Shown: piece after piece, positions 1-9,489 of the stretch
Layout of the letters: every line of letters starts with the position of its first letter
Numbering within the stretch: position 1 is the stretch's first letter
Assembly (NCBI GenBank): GCA_011390615.1
Contig: JAABSB010000001.1
Location: 8,636-72,635 of the forward strand
Source: Desulfotignum sp.
Lineage (GTDB): Bacteria; Desulfobacterota; Desulfobacteria; Desulfobacterales; Desulfobacteraceae
Reading direction: 5' to 3'
DNA: 64,000 nucleotides
The notes under the pieces: generated by a model
Told to the model about the DNA's origin: nothing
Databases searched by the model: none
What the model saw: the letters and a program-made list of their open reading frames with translations, nothing else
Position numbers and translations under genes: made by a program

Positions 1-296
1 GATACCATACAGGCCCGGCAGCCCACACATTTTTCATCATCAATGGCCACTATCCCGTCTTCCCTGACATAGGTGGCGCCCGTGGGACACGCTTCCACAC
101 AGGCGGCATCAGAACAGTGGTTGCACAGTATCGGATAGATCAGTTTGGAAGAGGTGGGAAACTTGCCGCTTTCCCCGATCAACACCCGGTTGAAAAATAC
201 GCCGGGGGGCAGAAAATGCTCTTCCTTGCATGCGATGGTGCATCCCCAGCAGGCAATACACCTTTTTACATCGATTACCATTCCCCATCTAGGCAT
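1..296 (-). CDS. 4Fe-4S dicluster protein, DmsB/NrfC/PadC-like molybdoenzyme FeS subunit (runs off the window)
   Basis: Not in the ORF track. Manual translation from ATG at 296 gives MPRWGMVIDVKRCIACWGCTIACKEEH...CNHCSDAACVEACPTGA...CVGCRACM. AAGGAG RBS upstream. Confidence 0.9.
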   Translation of the reverse strand, partial: MPRWGMVIDVKRCIACWGCTIACKEEHFLPPGVFFNRVLIGESGKFPTSSKLIYPILCNHCSDAACVEACPTGATYVREDGIVAIDDEKCVGCRACMV

Positions 297-353
297 AACA
301 GCTCCTTCTTAATCTTAAATACGTTATCCTCATATTGACCCTGGTACAATGTC

Positions 354-905
354 CTAGAGATCAAACATCTGCACTTCCTGAAATCCTCTTTGTGCACAGA
401 TTTCATTGGCTGCCAGTTTTTTACCGGAAAAATAATCCGCCAGGGCCGCCACCACCGTTGCGATATCCAGCAGTCCGGACATTTTTGCAAACGCACCCAC
501 CACCACAGTATTGGGGATGGACAGCCCGATTTCTTCCATGGCAATGCCGTTGGCATCCACCACTGCAAGCTTTCTTAAATTTTCGTGGGATACATCGCCG
601 GTATTTTTCTTGTCATTGAGCAGCAGCATGCCGCCGGGCAGCAGTCCGTCAAAAACAGTGGGGGAATGTTTCTGTGACGGGTCCAGCACAACCAGGATAT
701 TTGGGTTGTAAATCTGGGTCTTTTCCCGCACCGGCTTGTCTGAAAAACGGCCGAATGCCGTCACCGGTGCTCCCCGGCGCTCAAACCCGAACATGGGAAA
801 GCTTGCCCCGAACTGCCCGGTTCTGGCAAATGCATTGGCCAGAATCTTGGAGGTGGTCACCACCCCCTGTCCCCCCCTGCCATGGAATCTGACTTCACTC
901 ATCAT
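354..905 (-). CDS. 2-oxoacid:ferredoxin oxidoreductase gamma subunit
   Basis: EVRFHGRGGQGVVT and FGFERRGAPV motifs. ATG overlaps the beta-subunit TGA (ATGA). Confidence 0.93.
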   Translation of the reverse strand: MMSEVRFHGRGGQGVVTTSKILANAFARTGQFGASFPMFGFERRGAPVTAFGRFSDKPVREKTQIYNPNILVVLDPSQKHSPTVFDGLLPGGMLLLNDKKNTGDVSHENLRKLAVVDANGIAMEEIGLSIPNTVVVGAFAKMSGLLDIATVVAALADYFSGKKLAANEICAQRGFQEVQMFDL

Positions 906-1876
906 GATGCTTCTCCTTGGTCTTTTACAGAAACCGGCAGCTGACATTCCGCTTCCAGAACACTCAACCCGCCCAGCAGGCAGTATTCATACTCCACATC
1001 ATCCTGAAGAATCTTCATATCCGCCTCTGTCATGTGATTGAATTTTTTCATCAGCTTAGTATAGGTATCCACGGGCTTGGGTTTCTTAACGGTTTTGGTC
1101 ATGCGGATCCTGCCGTTTTCCGCTTCCCACAGCGGAAAGTAATTGCTCTTCACTGCCCGCCGGCAGATTTCAATGGTATCGGCCGGATCAGCCCCCCATC
1201 CTGTTGGACAGGGGGCAAACACATGGAGGAAACAAAATCCTCTCTCCTTGGCTTCTTTGGCCTTGAGCAGTTTTTTTGCCAGGTCCTCCAGGTCACTGAG
1301 GGTTGCAGTGGCGGTATAGGGAATCTTGTTCATGGCCATTTTAAGGCCCAGATTCATGCGCCGCAGGTTTTTGCCCCTGTGGACCGTGCCGTAGGGTGTG
1401 GTGGTGGTGGTGGCACCAAAAGGGGTAGTGCCGCTTTTCTGAATACCGGTGTTCATATACCCTTCATTGTCATAACAGATATAAATAAAGGGTTCGTTCC
1501 GTTCCGCAGCCCCGGACAGGTTGCCGAAACCGATGTCATTGGCCGTGCCGTCTCCGTTGAAACACACCACGGTGTTGTCGATTCCGGCCTTGCGGTAATA
1601 GCGGACCAGACCTGTGGCATTGGCTGCAGCACCGGTCATGAGGGTGCCGAAATAGGACAGGGTGTGCCAGGACTGGTTGTTCTGCCCCAGCAGTACCGGT
1701 GCGGAGCAGGAAGGGGTCCCGGTGATAACGATATCATTTCCCAGCACCCGGGGAATAAAGCGCAGCAGCAGTTCAAGGCCGCAGCCAGGGCAGAATGCCA
1801 CACCCTTTGAAAACGGGTCATCATGTTTGAGGTAATCCAGTACCTTTGTCAGCCGGCCTTGCTTTTTTTCCGCCAT
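902..1876 (-). CDS. 2-oxoacid:ferredoxin oxidoreductase beta (TPP-binding) subunit
   Basis: FCPGCG, GDG...DNEGYMNTG TPP motif, APCPTGW. Start placed at MAEKK. Confidence 0.93.
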   Translation of the reverse strand: MAEKKQGRLTKVLDYLKHDDPFSKGVAFCPGCGLELLLRFIPRVLGNDIVITGTPSCSAPVLLGQNNQSWHTLSYFGTLMTGAAANATGLVRYYRKAGIDNTVVCFNGDGTANDIGFGNLSGAAERNEPFIYICYDNEGYMNTGIQKSGTTPFGATTTTTPYGTVHRGKNLRRMNLGLKMAMNKIPYTATATLSDLEDLAKKLLKAKEAKERGFCFLHVFAPCPTGWGADPADTIEICRRAVKSNYFPLWEAENGRIRMTKTVKKPKPVDTYTKLMKKFNHMTEADMKILQDDVEYEYCLLGGLSVLEAECQLPVSVKDQGEAS

Positions 1877-1877
1877 A

Positions 1878-3101
1878 TTATTTTTCCCCCTTTGTATTGG
1901 CTTCCGGATACGATACCCAGGTGACCTCAGGCACATCTTTGCCGTCCGCCAGATCACGGGTCATTTGGATCATCTTGTCCACATTGGTTTTGGTGATATC
2001 TGTGTTGGCGATCCCGTCGATAAAGCTGACCAGTTGCGCACCGTCCATCCGGGTTTCAAAAGCCTTGAGTTCCGTATAAATGGGACCGCCGTCAAAGCCG
2101 AATGCAAGGCTTCTGTCCACCACACCCACAGCTTTTTTGCCCTTGAGGGCCGCCACAAGGGCCTTATGGGGAAAGGGCCTGTACATGCGGATCTTTACCA
2201 GGCCGATGCGCACCCCTTTTTCCCGCTGGTCATCTATCACCGATTTGATGGTACCGCACATGGAGCCGGAACCCACCAGCACGATATCTGCATCATCGGT
2301 GCGGTATTCCTCCAGCTGTCCGCCGTAGGATCTGCCGAAGATACCGGAAAATTCTTTGTCAATTTCTTCAAACTTGGCCTTGGACCGTTCCATGGCGGTC
2401 ACATGTTTGTGCCGCAGCTCCATGTATCCGCCCAGAATGCCGTGGGAGCCCACCCCCAGTTTTTCACCGGGATGAAGCACCGTGCGTTTGGGCTGGGTTT
2501 CAAGCACCGACAGAAACCGGTCCACGGTTTCCTGCTCCGGAATATCCACGCCTTCGGACAGATAGGACAAAAAGAACCCGTCATAATGGACCATGACCGG
2601 CAGCTGGATATCATAATCCTCGGCCAGACGGTAAGCCTGGAGCACCAGGTCCAGCACCTCCTGGCAGTCTTCGGCGATCAGAAAAATCCAGCCCGCGTCC
2701 CGGGTGGAGATCATGTCCTGCTGTCCCGAAGAAACAGCGATAATACCAGGGGTTTCCCTGTTCACATTGACCATGACCACAGGGGCCCTGGCGCCGGCCA
2801 CAGCCAGCACCGCGTCATACATGAACACCAGACCCCAGGAGGATGAGGCGGTAAACACCCGGCCCCCGGCCAGGGAGGCTGCCATAACCGCATTCATGGC
2901 GGAGTTTTCCCCTTCCACGGTGATCAGTTCACAATCCATTTCTCCGGATGCATGAAAGGTGGAAATCTGTTCAATAACTTCGGTCTGGGGGGTGATGGGA
3001 TAGGCAGCCACCACATCAGGCCGGGCCAGTTTGGCAGCAATGGCTGCGGCAGCATTTCCGGTGATTACCTTGATCCGTGATGGTGTTTCAGTGGTATTCA
3101 T
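1878..3101 (-). CDS. 2-oxoacid:ferredoxin oxidoreductase alpha subunit
   Basis: GNAAAA...AAYPITPQT and YRPFP motifs. Start at MNTTE overlaps the delta-subunit stop. Confidence 0.93.
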   Translation of the reverse strand: MNTTETPSRIKVITGNAAAAIAAKLARPDVVAAYPITPQTEVIEQISTFHASGEMDCELITVEGENSAMNAVMAASLAGGRVFTASSSWGLVFMYDAVLAVAGARAPVVMVNVNRETPGIIAVSSGQQDMISTRDAGWIFLIAEDCQEVLDLVLQAYRLAEDYDIQLPVMVHYDGFFLSYLSEGVDIPEQETVDRFLSVLETQPKRTVLHPGEKLGVGSHGILGGYMELRHKHVTAMERSKAKFEEIDKEFSGIFGRSYGGQLEEYRTDDADIVLVGSGSMCGTIKSVIDDQREKGVRIGLVKIRMYRPFPHKALVAALKGKKAVGVVDRSLAFGFDGGPIYTELKAFETRMDGAQLVSFIDGIANTDITKTNVDKMIQMTRDLADGKDVPEVTWVSYPEANTKGEK

Positions 3102-3385
3102 GATACAAATTCCCCTTCTGAAATCATGGTGATGGCACCCTTGGGACACTCTTTTGCGCAGATGCCGCAGCCTTTGCAGAAATCCAGGTTTGCTTCGAAA
3201 TGGGTATCTGACTGCATTACCATGACCTGGATGGGGCAGTAAATGGCACAGAACCCGCAGAAAATGCATTTTTCTTTGTCCACCACCGGACGTTTGGTCC
3301 GCCAGTCACCGGTGTCTGTGCACATCAAAGGATCACCGGCATCCGACCATGGCCCTTCATGTTTGAAATAGTGATTTGATGACAT
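3098..3385 (-). CDS. 2-oxoacid:ferredoxin oxidoreductase delta (2x4Fe-4S) subunit
   Basis: TGDWRTKRP, CIFCGFCAIYCP, CKGCGICAKECP. Confidence 0.93.
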   Translation of the reverse strand: MSSNHYFKHEGPWSDAGDPLMCTDTGDWRTKRPVVDKEKCIFCGFCAIYCPIQVMVMQSDTHFEANLDFCKGCGICAKECPKGAITMISEGEFVS

Positions 3386-3455
3386 GTATCTCTCCCCTTT
3401 TTGCGAATAAAATGACCCTGAATATGCTGCTTTATCGTATCTATTTCATAGCCAT

Positions 3456-3485
3456 AAAATAGCGGCAGTTCGATTGCATTGTCAA
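3456..3485 (-). promoter_or_regulatory. putative sigma70 promoter of the oxidoreductase operon
   Basis: Minus strand TTGACA-18 nt-TATTTT, about 70 nt upstream of the delta start. Confidence 0.55.
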
Positions 3486-3567
3486 GCAAAAAATTGTGAC
3501 AAAATGAAAATTTTCTTGAAATTGGACAATAAGAAATAGGACTTACCCCGATAAACCCGGTTATCAT

Positions 3568-3605
3568 ATTTTCTATTTAGTTGATAAGTCAACTAAATAG
3601 AAAAT
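3568..3605. repeat. perfect 17-bp inverted repeat with 4-nt spacer (operator or terminator)
   Basis: ATTTTCTATTTAGTTGA-TAAG-TCAACTAAATAGAAAAT. Confidence 0.85.
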
Positions 3606-3708
3606 GCCGGGCACACAACCTGTTTTTTTAACACGGGGTACAGGTATTTGAAAAGCAGTGGGGAGCAGTACTTTGAAAAACCACTCCCCGATTTTATACA
3701 TATCTGCG

Positions 3709-4362
3709 CTATATGGCTTTTCTGAAAGGCTCCAGCCCGGTACGTTCGATCATTTTTCCCAGGCGTTCTCCTGCTTTTGCCTCATTTTTGTAGCAGGAGA
3801 TCACATTTGCCACAGCAGCCATCACCTGGTCATCATCCAGCTCGCTGGCCAGTTCTTTGCCTATCCTGGGCGTCATGCCCACATTTCCGCCGATGGTAAT
3901 CGTCCAGCCTTCGGCAAACCCGATCAGCCCGATATCCCGGACCCACGATTCGGCACAGCTGAGTTTACATCCTGATACCGCCATCTTGAATTTCCCGGGC
4001 AGTTTTGCAGCATGATACTGCGTATCCAGTTTCATGCCGATACCCAGCGCATCCTGTTTGCCCAGTTTGCAGAAAGTGTTCCCCGGACAGGTGCGGATAC
4101 TTCTGACACAAAGCCCGACTGCAGCCCCCTTGTCCATGCCCAGATCCTCCCACACAGTGTCAATATCCGCTTCTTTTAACCCCACAATGGCCACGCGGGT
4201 GGCACCGGTAATCTTTATGGCTTTGGCATTGTATTTCTCCGATACATCCGCGATTCTGCGCAGCAGATCCGGTGTCACGATCCCGCAGGGGATATGGGGT
4301 GCAATGGCATAGGTTTCATTATCACACTGGGGGATGGCCCCCTTTTCTCCAAGTTTTAACAT
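3709..4362 (-). CDS. stand-alone nitrite/sulfite reductase-like protein (siroheme/4Fe-4S domain)
   Basis: YAIAPHIPCG...KITGATR half-domain, CPGNTFC and SGCKLSC (Cx5C...Cx3C) cluster motifs. Confidence 0.82.
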   Translation of the reverse strand: MLKLGEKGAIPQCDNETYAIAPHIPCGIVTPDLLRRIADVSEKYNAKAIKITGATRVAIVGLKEADIDTVWEDLGMDKGAAVGLCVRSIRTCPGNTFCKLGKQDALGIGMKLDTQYHAAKLPGKFKMAVSGCKLSCAESWVRDIGLIGFAEGWTITIGGNVGMTPRIGKELASELDDDQVMAAVANVISCYKNEAKAGERLGKMIERTGLEPFRKAI

Positions 4363-4400
4363 AATTTTCTCCTGATGCTTTCTGGTTATATTTTCAGATC

Positions 4401-4429
4401 AACTTAGAGACCGCACAAGATTTTGTCAA
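4401..4429 (-). promoter_or_regulatory. putative sigma70 promoter
   Basis: Minus strand TTGACA-17 nt-TAAGTT upstream of the 4362 start. Confidence 0.55.
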
Positions 4430-4624
4430 GTCTGTAGGTGATCCCGGCAAGATAACCCCGATTCAGGTGAGCCCTCATGTATATTGCGGCTTTGTTTATG
4501 GATTTTGATGCCTTATCACCGGACCGAAGATGCAAAAAATCCTGTAACACCTGCTTGTATAAAGCAAATCTGTTGTTATTGTATTTATTATAACAAATTG
4601 AAACCTGATTAAAGGAGGGCAGTC

Positions 4625-4879
4625 ATGAATAAAAAAGAGTTGTGTGACAAAATCAGAACCCTGTATCCGGATATCGGAGAATGCGGTATTGATGTGAATG
4701 TGGCGTATGATGATGCAAACGACCGCTGGACAGTGCATCTGAAAAAAGACAAAAAAGAGCTCAAAACCTTTCTTGAACCGGATGATGCCGACCTGTGCAT
4801 GGAAGGGAAACAGTGCATGAGCCTGGGCATTGAAATCAACCAGCTAAAAGACAGCATCGACAGGATGCCGTCACAATGA
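4625..4879 (+). CDS. hypothetical protein (84 aa)
   Basis: Strong AAGGAGG RBS and plausible composition, with Cys residues in C.EGKQC. Confidence 0.75.
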   Translation: MNKKELCDKIRTLYPDIGECGIDVNVAYDDANDRWTVHLKKDKKELKTFLEPDDADLCMEGKQCMSLGIEINQLKDSIDRMPSQ

Positions 4880-4888
4880 GGTGGTAAA

Positions 4889-5053
4889 ATGACAGACAGT
4901 GACAAAAAAAAAGAGAAAGAGGTTAATATGGATGTGTGCACCCAGGCCCCGGCATCTGCTGAACATGCAAGACCCAATGAACCGGCAGAAGATGCCTGTG
5001 ATGACGGCAGGGCCGGTTTAAAAAAAGAGGACAAAAAACAGCACAAATCATAA
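4889..5053 (+). CDS. small protein (54 aa) with C-x6-EHAR...CDDGRAG core
   Basis: Below the ORF-track cutoff. GAGGT RBS. MTDSDKKKEKEVNMDVCTQAPASAEHARPNEPAEDACDDGRAGLKKEDKKQHKS. Confidence 0.65.
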   Translation: MTDSDKKKEKEVNMDVCTQAPASAEHARPNEPAEDACDDGRAGLKKEDKKQHKS

Positions 5054-5103
5054 GTCGGGTAAAAGACCATACACCCTGCTGGAAAAATATTCAAAACCCT
5101 ATT

Positions 5104-6546
5104 TTAAGGAGATACAGTCTCGCGCTTATGGATGGTGTATTCCACCGAAATAGTGTGTTTGTCCTGATCCGCAAGCCTTATTGTAGGAGGATGCAGCACA
5201 ATCAGGGCAGATATTCGGCCTGAGGCTGTAATACCATCCAGAGGAAGGGGTTCTGTAAACAGGGTTTCCATCTGTGTGAGAACCTGTCTTGGGCCGATGA
5301 CATGTACCTTTTCAGGTGTTGTCTCAGCAAGGGTCATGATCAAGTCCCGGGAAAGCCGGCCTGTCCAGAATGGCTGAACGGGAAGTTCCTTTTTTACCGG
5401 CACATCAACAGTCACCTCAATCATGGATGGATCAATGTTTTTAACCACAATGCCGGGGGGCAGTGTGACGCTACTCCGGCTGACAGCCAGCTTGTTGGTG
5501 CCTGGTACGGTATTGGCCAGACTCAGTTTGACAGTGATCCGGTCAGGCCCAAGAGATCTGATCAGAGGTCTGGCGCCGCTGATCAGAAGGGTGACACTGC
5601 TTGCTGAAGAGGAAAATATTTCCATATTCTGGTCTGATTTGATAAATTCAACCGGAATAGTATGGGTGGCAAGGGATTCCATTCCCCTGGAAAAGCTCAG
5701 CCACAAACCGGTTACGCAAACCAGACAGACTGCAGCGGCAGCGGCAAGTTCACGTGTGTGTTTTTTTAACCCTGCGGCAGCTGTATCCTGGCCGGCATGT
5801 TTAATGAGCAGTTTCTCCAGGACACTTCTGTCATTAATGTCATATATCCGGTTATCCTTTACCAGGGTAATTTTGCCGCGCTCCTCTGAAACCACGATTA
5901 CCATAGAATCGGTTTGTTCAGTCAAACCAACAGCTGCCCTGTGCCGGGTACCAAAATAAGAAGGCAGGTCTGCTCGCTTTGAAAGGGGAAGTATCACACC
6001 GACATTTGTGATCCGGTCGCCTTGAATGACGGCCGCGCCATCATGGACCGGATTGTCATCCCAGAAAATACTCACCAGCATCTCTTTGGAAAGTTTTCCC
6101 TGCCATGAAATCCCTTTCTGAACAAAACTTTCCACCCCCTGGTTCAACGGAAGTACAATCAATGCCCCGATTTTTTTTCTCGCCAGTTCATAAACACCTT
6201 CAACAATGATATGCACCGGGGTATTGCGCTGATACCGCGGGATACCCCAGAAAAAGGATTTCAGGTCTCTGGTTTGGAGCACGGATGAAATTTCATTGCG
6301 GAAAACAATAATAATGACCAGGGCTGCAACGGCGATGACACCCTGCATGGCCCAGCTGGTGACGACAAGTCCCATGGAGACAGCCACCTGCCTGAGGACC
6401 CAGAATATACCCATGGCAAAAAGCACCCGCAGAACATTGGTACCGCGAAAAAGTACATACAGCCGAAACAGAATATAGCTGTTCAAAGCTATATCAAAAA
6501 AGCCCTGCCACCCGATGCCGAAAAACTGATAAAAAAACTGTCCCAT
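5104..6546 (-). CDS. cdaA: diadenylate cyclase (CdaA-type DAC domain) fused to YbbR/CdaR-like domains
   Basis: Three N-terminal TM segments, HDGA and GTRHRAA DAC motifs, VSEERG, a further TM, then beta-rich YbbR-like segments (SVTLLISG, PEKVHVIGP). Confidence 0.88.
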   Translation of the reverse strand: MGQFFYQFFGIGWQGFFDIALNSYILFRLYVLFRGTNVLRVLFAMGIFWVLRQVAVSMGLVVTSWAMQGVIAVAALVIIIVFRNEISSVLQTRDLKSFFWGIPRYQRNTPVHIIVEGVYELARKKIGALIVLPLNQGVESFVQKGISWQGKLSKEMLVSIFWDDNPVHDGAAVIQGDRITNVGVILPLSKRADLPSYFGTRHRAAVGLTEQTDSMVIVVSEERGKITLVKDNRIYDINDRSVLEKLLIKHAGQDTAAAGLKKHTRELAAAAAVCLVCVTGLWLSFSRGMESLATHTIPVEFIKSDQNMEIFSSSASSVTLLISGARPLIRSLGPDRITVKLSLANTVPGTNKLAVSRSSVTLPPGIVVKNIDPSMIEVTVDVPVKKELPVQPFWTGRLSRDLIMTLAETTPEKVHVIGPRQVLTQMETLFTEPLPLDGITASGRISALIVLHPPTIRLADQDKHTISVEYTIHKRETVSP

Positions 6547-6552
6547 GGATGA

Positions 6553-6993
6553 TCAGTCCGAAATACTAAATCTAAGGGTTTTCATCAGCTTTTCCCGGCT
6601 GTCAACTATCTCAACCCGCCATGGTCCCTTATCCGCCTCCCTGAGCTGCATAGTGCTGAACGAGGACCATTTGGGAGGGTTGAGCACCAGTTTTGCAGTG
6701 GATATCAAACGGTCCTGCCTGTACCACCGGTGATATACTGTGGTTTCTTGGGGTACAGGATCAAATTCTGTAAAACAGAACACCCTGCCCAGGGAGATCG
6801 AAAATACCACCGCCTGGTTCACCGGTTTGAATTTTTCAATGGCCTCACACATCACCGCCGCGACAAGCACAGGCTGGATAAGTACCGGCTGGTCCGTTGA
6901 CAGGGTATCCCGGGCCCGGGCATGGGACGTAAAAAAGGCGGCTGCAGGCAAAAGCAGGAGCATGCAGATCAGCCTGAAAGAAAATGGTTTCAT
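6553..6993 (-). CDS. exported DUF2914-like protein
   Basis: Signal peptide, then VFCFT...YHRWY...W(S)SFS...GPWRVEI pattern. Confidence 0.75.
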   Translation of the reverse strand: MKPFSFRLICMLLLLPAAAFFTSHARARDTLSTDQPVLIQPVLVAAVMCEAIEKFKPVNQAVVFSISLGRVFCFTEFDPVPQETTVYHRWYRQDRLISTAKLVLNPPKWSSFSTMQLREADKGPWRVEIVDSREKLMKTLRFSISD

Positions 6994-7174
6994 AGACTTG
7001 ATGATACCTGTAGATCAGCTTTTTTTCAAGACTGAATCTTTTTATGTATCCGTTGCAGACGGAAGAAATCATTACAAATCTGTCAGATCCGGAAAAGAGA
7101 TTACCAACTCTTATAAATTTTTGGTAATATCATACCTGCCCAAATGAAAAACCATTTTACACAAGGCTCTGCCC

Positions 7175-8176
7175 ATGAAACCACGCGTTGTCATACTTGC
7201 CACCGGCGGCACTATAGCGGGAATAAGCCATGCACCGGCCCGGGCCGGATACGCCTCCGGACAGGTAACCATCAAACAGATGATTCAGTCGGTCCCGGAT
7301 CTGGATAATCTGGCTGTTGTCACAGGAGAACAGATCAGCAATGTGGGATCCCAGGACATCTCTTTTGAGATCCTGATGCGCCTGACCGGCCGCATCAATG
7401 CACTGTTAGGCCAAGCGGATATCCACGGCATTGTTGTGACCCACGGCACCGACACCATGGAGGAAACCGCATTTTTTTTAAACCTCACCGTGAACAGCCC
7501 CAAGCCGGTGGTTGTGACCGGGGCCATGCGGCCCGCCAACGCCATCTCTGCTGACGGTCCCCTGAACCTGTTCAATGCAGTGGCAGTGGCAGCCGATTCT
7601 GATGCCCGGGAACGGGGCGTGCTAGTGGTCATGAACGACAGGATTCACGGGGCCCATTCTTTGACCAAAACCAACACCACCTCTGTGGAAACCTTTCTGT
7701 CCCCTGTGAACGGTCTGGTGGGCACTGTGAATTATGGTACCACCGTGTATTTCCGGTTTCCATTCCGGCACCATACCTTTTTGAGCCGATTTTCCCCTCT
7801 GTTCTGCACCCAGAGCCGGGTGGTGCTGCCCCGGGTGGATATTGTGTACGCCTGCATCGATATGCCGCCGGATCTCATTGATTGCTGTGTTGCCAACGGG
7901 GCCCGGGGCATTGTCATTGCCGGGGACGGCAACGGCAATATGAACCAGGGAACCGTAAAAAAAGCAGCCCGGATGGCCGGCCGGGGTGTTTTCATTGTCA
8001 GAAGCTCCCGGGTGCCCACCGGCACTGTGGGCAGAAATGTAGAGGTGGATGATGATGCCTGCGGCTTCATTGTGTCAGATGAACTCAACCCTGCCAAGTC
8101 CCGGATTCTGCTCATGCTGGCTATTGCGGAAAAACCTGATCTGGAAACCTTACAGCAGCTGTTTTACACCTATTAG
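7175..8176 (+). CDS. L-asparaginase/glutaminase (type II-like sequence, no signal peptide)
   Basis: ATGGTIAG, HGTDTMEET, GAMRP, ADGP motifs. Confidence 0.93.
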   Translation: MKPRVVILATGGTIAGISHAPARAGYASGQVTIKQMIQSVPDLDNLAVVTGEQISNVGSQDISFEILMRLTGRINALLGQADIHGIVVTHGTDTMEETAFFLNLTVNSPKPVVVTGAMRPANAISADGPLNLFNAVAVAADSDARERGVLVVMNDRIHGAHSLTKTNTTSVETFLSPVNGLVGTVNYGTTVYFRFPFRHHTFLSRFSPLFCTQSRVVLPRVDIVYACIDMPPDLIDCCVANGARGIVIAGDGNGNMNQGTVKKAARMAGRGVFIVRSSRVPTGTVGRNVEVDDDACGFIVSDELNPAKSRILLMLAIAEKPDLETLQQLFYTY

Positions 8177-9489
8177 CCGATATCATCCAGGGGCAGGAAA
8201 ATCTGTGTGCCTTTGGGCAGATTGGAAAAATCTGTTATGGTATCTCCGGTTTTGACATGGCCGGGCGGCAGAAAATACACCGTGCCGGGATCCTTGTATT
8301 TCCGGCCGGCAATGCCGTAGGCGGTCACGGCTTCAGAGATGAGAAACGGCCCCTGATACCCCACGATCAACTGTGTTTTCCGGGGCAGGTCATCCCAGTC
8401 CGGAATGCGGGAACCTGTAAAAATTTTACCTGACGGCAGAAAATAGATGGTGGAATCAAAGCGGTAGGCCGGGCCTGCATGGGACCAGGCGGTCATACGG
8501 TCGGTGATCACCTTTACCGGCGTTTGGGAAACCTGTATCTGCTCTTTTTCGATCTCCTGGTCCAGCAGGACCTTTGTGTTGACGGGCAGCAGGTGCCACC
8601 CGATGGTGTCATTTATTTGATCCCCTGTCAGGGTACGGCCGCCGGGAAGAACATAGGCTGTTGTCCGGCTGTCATAATCCCCCCCTGCAATGGACCAGGC
8701 GGAATTATTCCTGGAAATAAGGTTGGACACCGGTGCGGTGGCAGCCACCTTGGCAACCGCCGGCTGTTCACCGTAAAACAGATCCGCCAGATAGGGGTCG
8801 GGAAGCAGCCGTCCGGCCCTGACATCCGGATCAAACCTTAAGGTGGGGCCCAGCCCGGCCCTGGATCTGTCAAAATTCTTGGCACAGCGTTTTCTGCCCC
8901 GATGATCTTTTGGAAACCAGGGATTGGGCCTGCCAAAGGCTATCTGGCTGTGGGTGAGCACGGCGGTATCATCCAGATTGTAAACTTGTTGCAGAATATC
9001 GATGAGCATGGCAGCAGACCGGTACTGCTGTTCTGTCAACGGTGCGGAGTGATACCCCACCAGTTCGATGCCGATGGAAACAGAGGATATATCCTGTCTT
9101 CCCTGCCACATGGAAAGACCGGCATGATCGGCCCGGTACTGTTTGTCCAGGATCCGGTAGGTACGGCCGTTTCTGGCAATCACGTAGTGGGCATGTCCCC
9201 CGGGTGTGCTGTGACCGCTTTTAAACTGTTTTCCTTTCGAGACCACCCGCAGGGTGGTGGACAGTCCCAGTTCCGATGTGTGAACAATGATATACCGGGT
9301 TGCGGTACGCTGAATTTTTTTAAATTTTTTGTTCAGCCGGTTTCTATGGTCTATGATGGTATTTTGAAACAGCTGATAATCAGAACGGCTGTATGCAGAA
9401 CAGGCACCGGTCCCGGAAAAACCGGTCATGAAAAATACAAGCACCCATACCGGGATCAACCATGCATATCCTGTATTTTTTTTCATCAA
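8173..9489 (-). CDS. exported N-acetylmuramoyl-L-alanine amidase (Amidase_2) with three C-terminal repeats
   Basis: [29 protein letters not shown] motifs after an N-terminal hydrophobic segment. Confidence 0.85.
   Translation of the reverse strand: MMKKNTGYAWLIPVWVLVFFMTGFSGTGACSAYSRSDYQLFQNTIIDHRNRLNKKFKKIQRTATRYIIVHTSELGLSTTLRVVSKGKQFKSGHSTPGGHAHYVIARNGRTYRILDKQYRADHAGLSMWQGRQDISSVSIGIELVGYHSAPLTEQQYRSAAMLIDILQQVYNLDDTAVLTHSQIAFGRPNPWFPKDHRGRKRCAKNFDRSRAGLGPTLRFDPDVRAGRLLPDPYLADLFYGEQPAVAKVAATAPVSNLISRNNSAWSIAGGDYDSRTTAYVLPGGRTLTGDQINDTIGWHLLPVNTKVLLDQEIEKEQIQVSQTPVKVITDRMTAWSHAGPAYRFDSTIYFLPSGKIFTGSRIPDWDDLPRKTQLIVGYQGPFLISEAVTAYGIAGRKYKDPGTVYFLPPGHVKTGDTITDFSNLPKGTQIFLPLDDIG

Noticed and set aside
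4877-4891. The TGA ending the 84-aa gene is in frame with the 54-aa ORF (possible second Sec readthrough)
   Set aside because: The downstream sequence is A-rich with no hairpin, there is no Cys-type context, and the second ORF has its own RBS and ATG.
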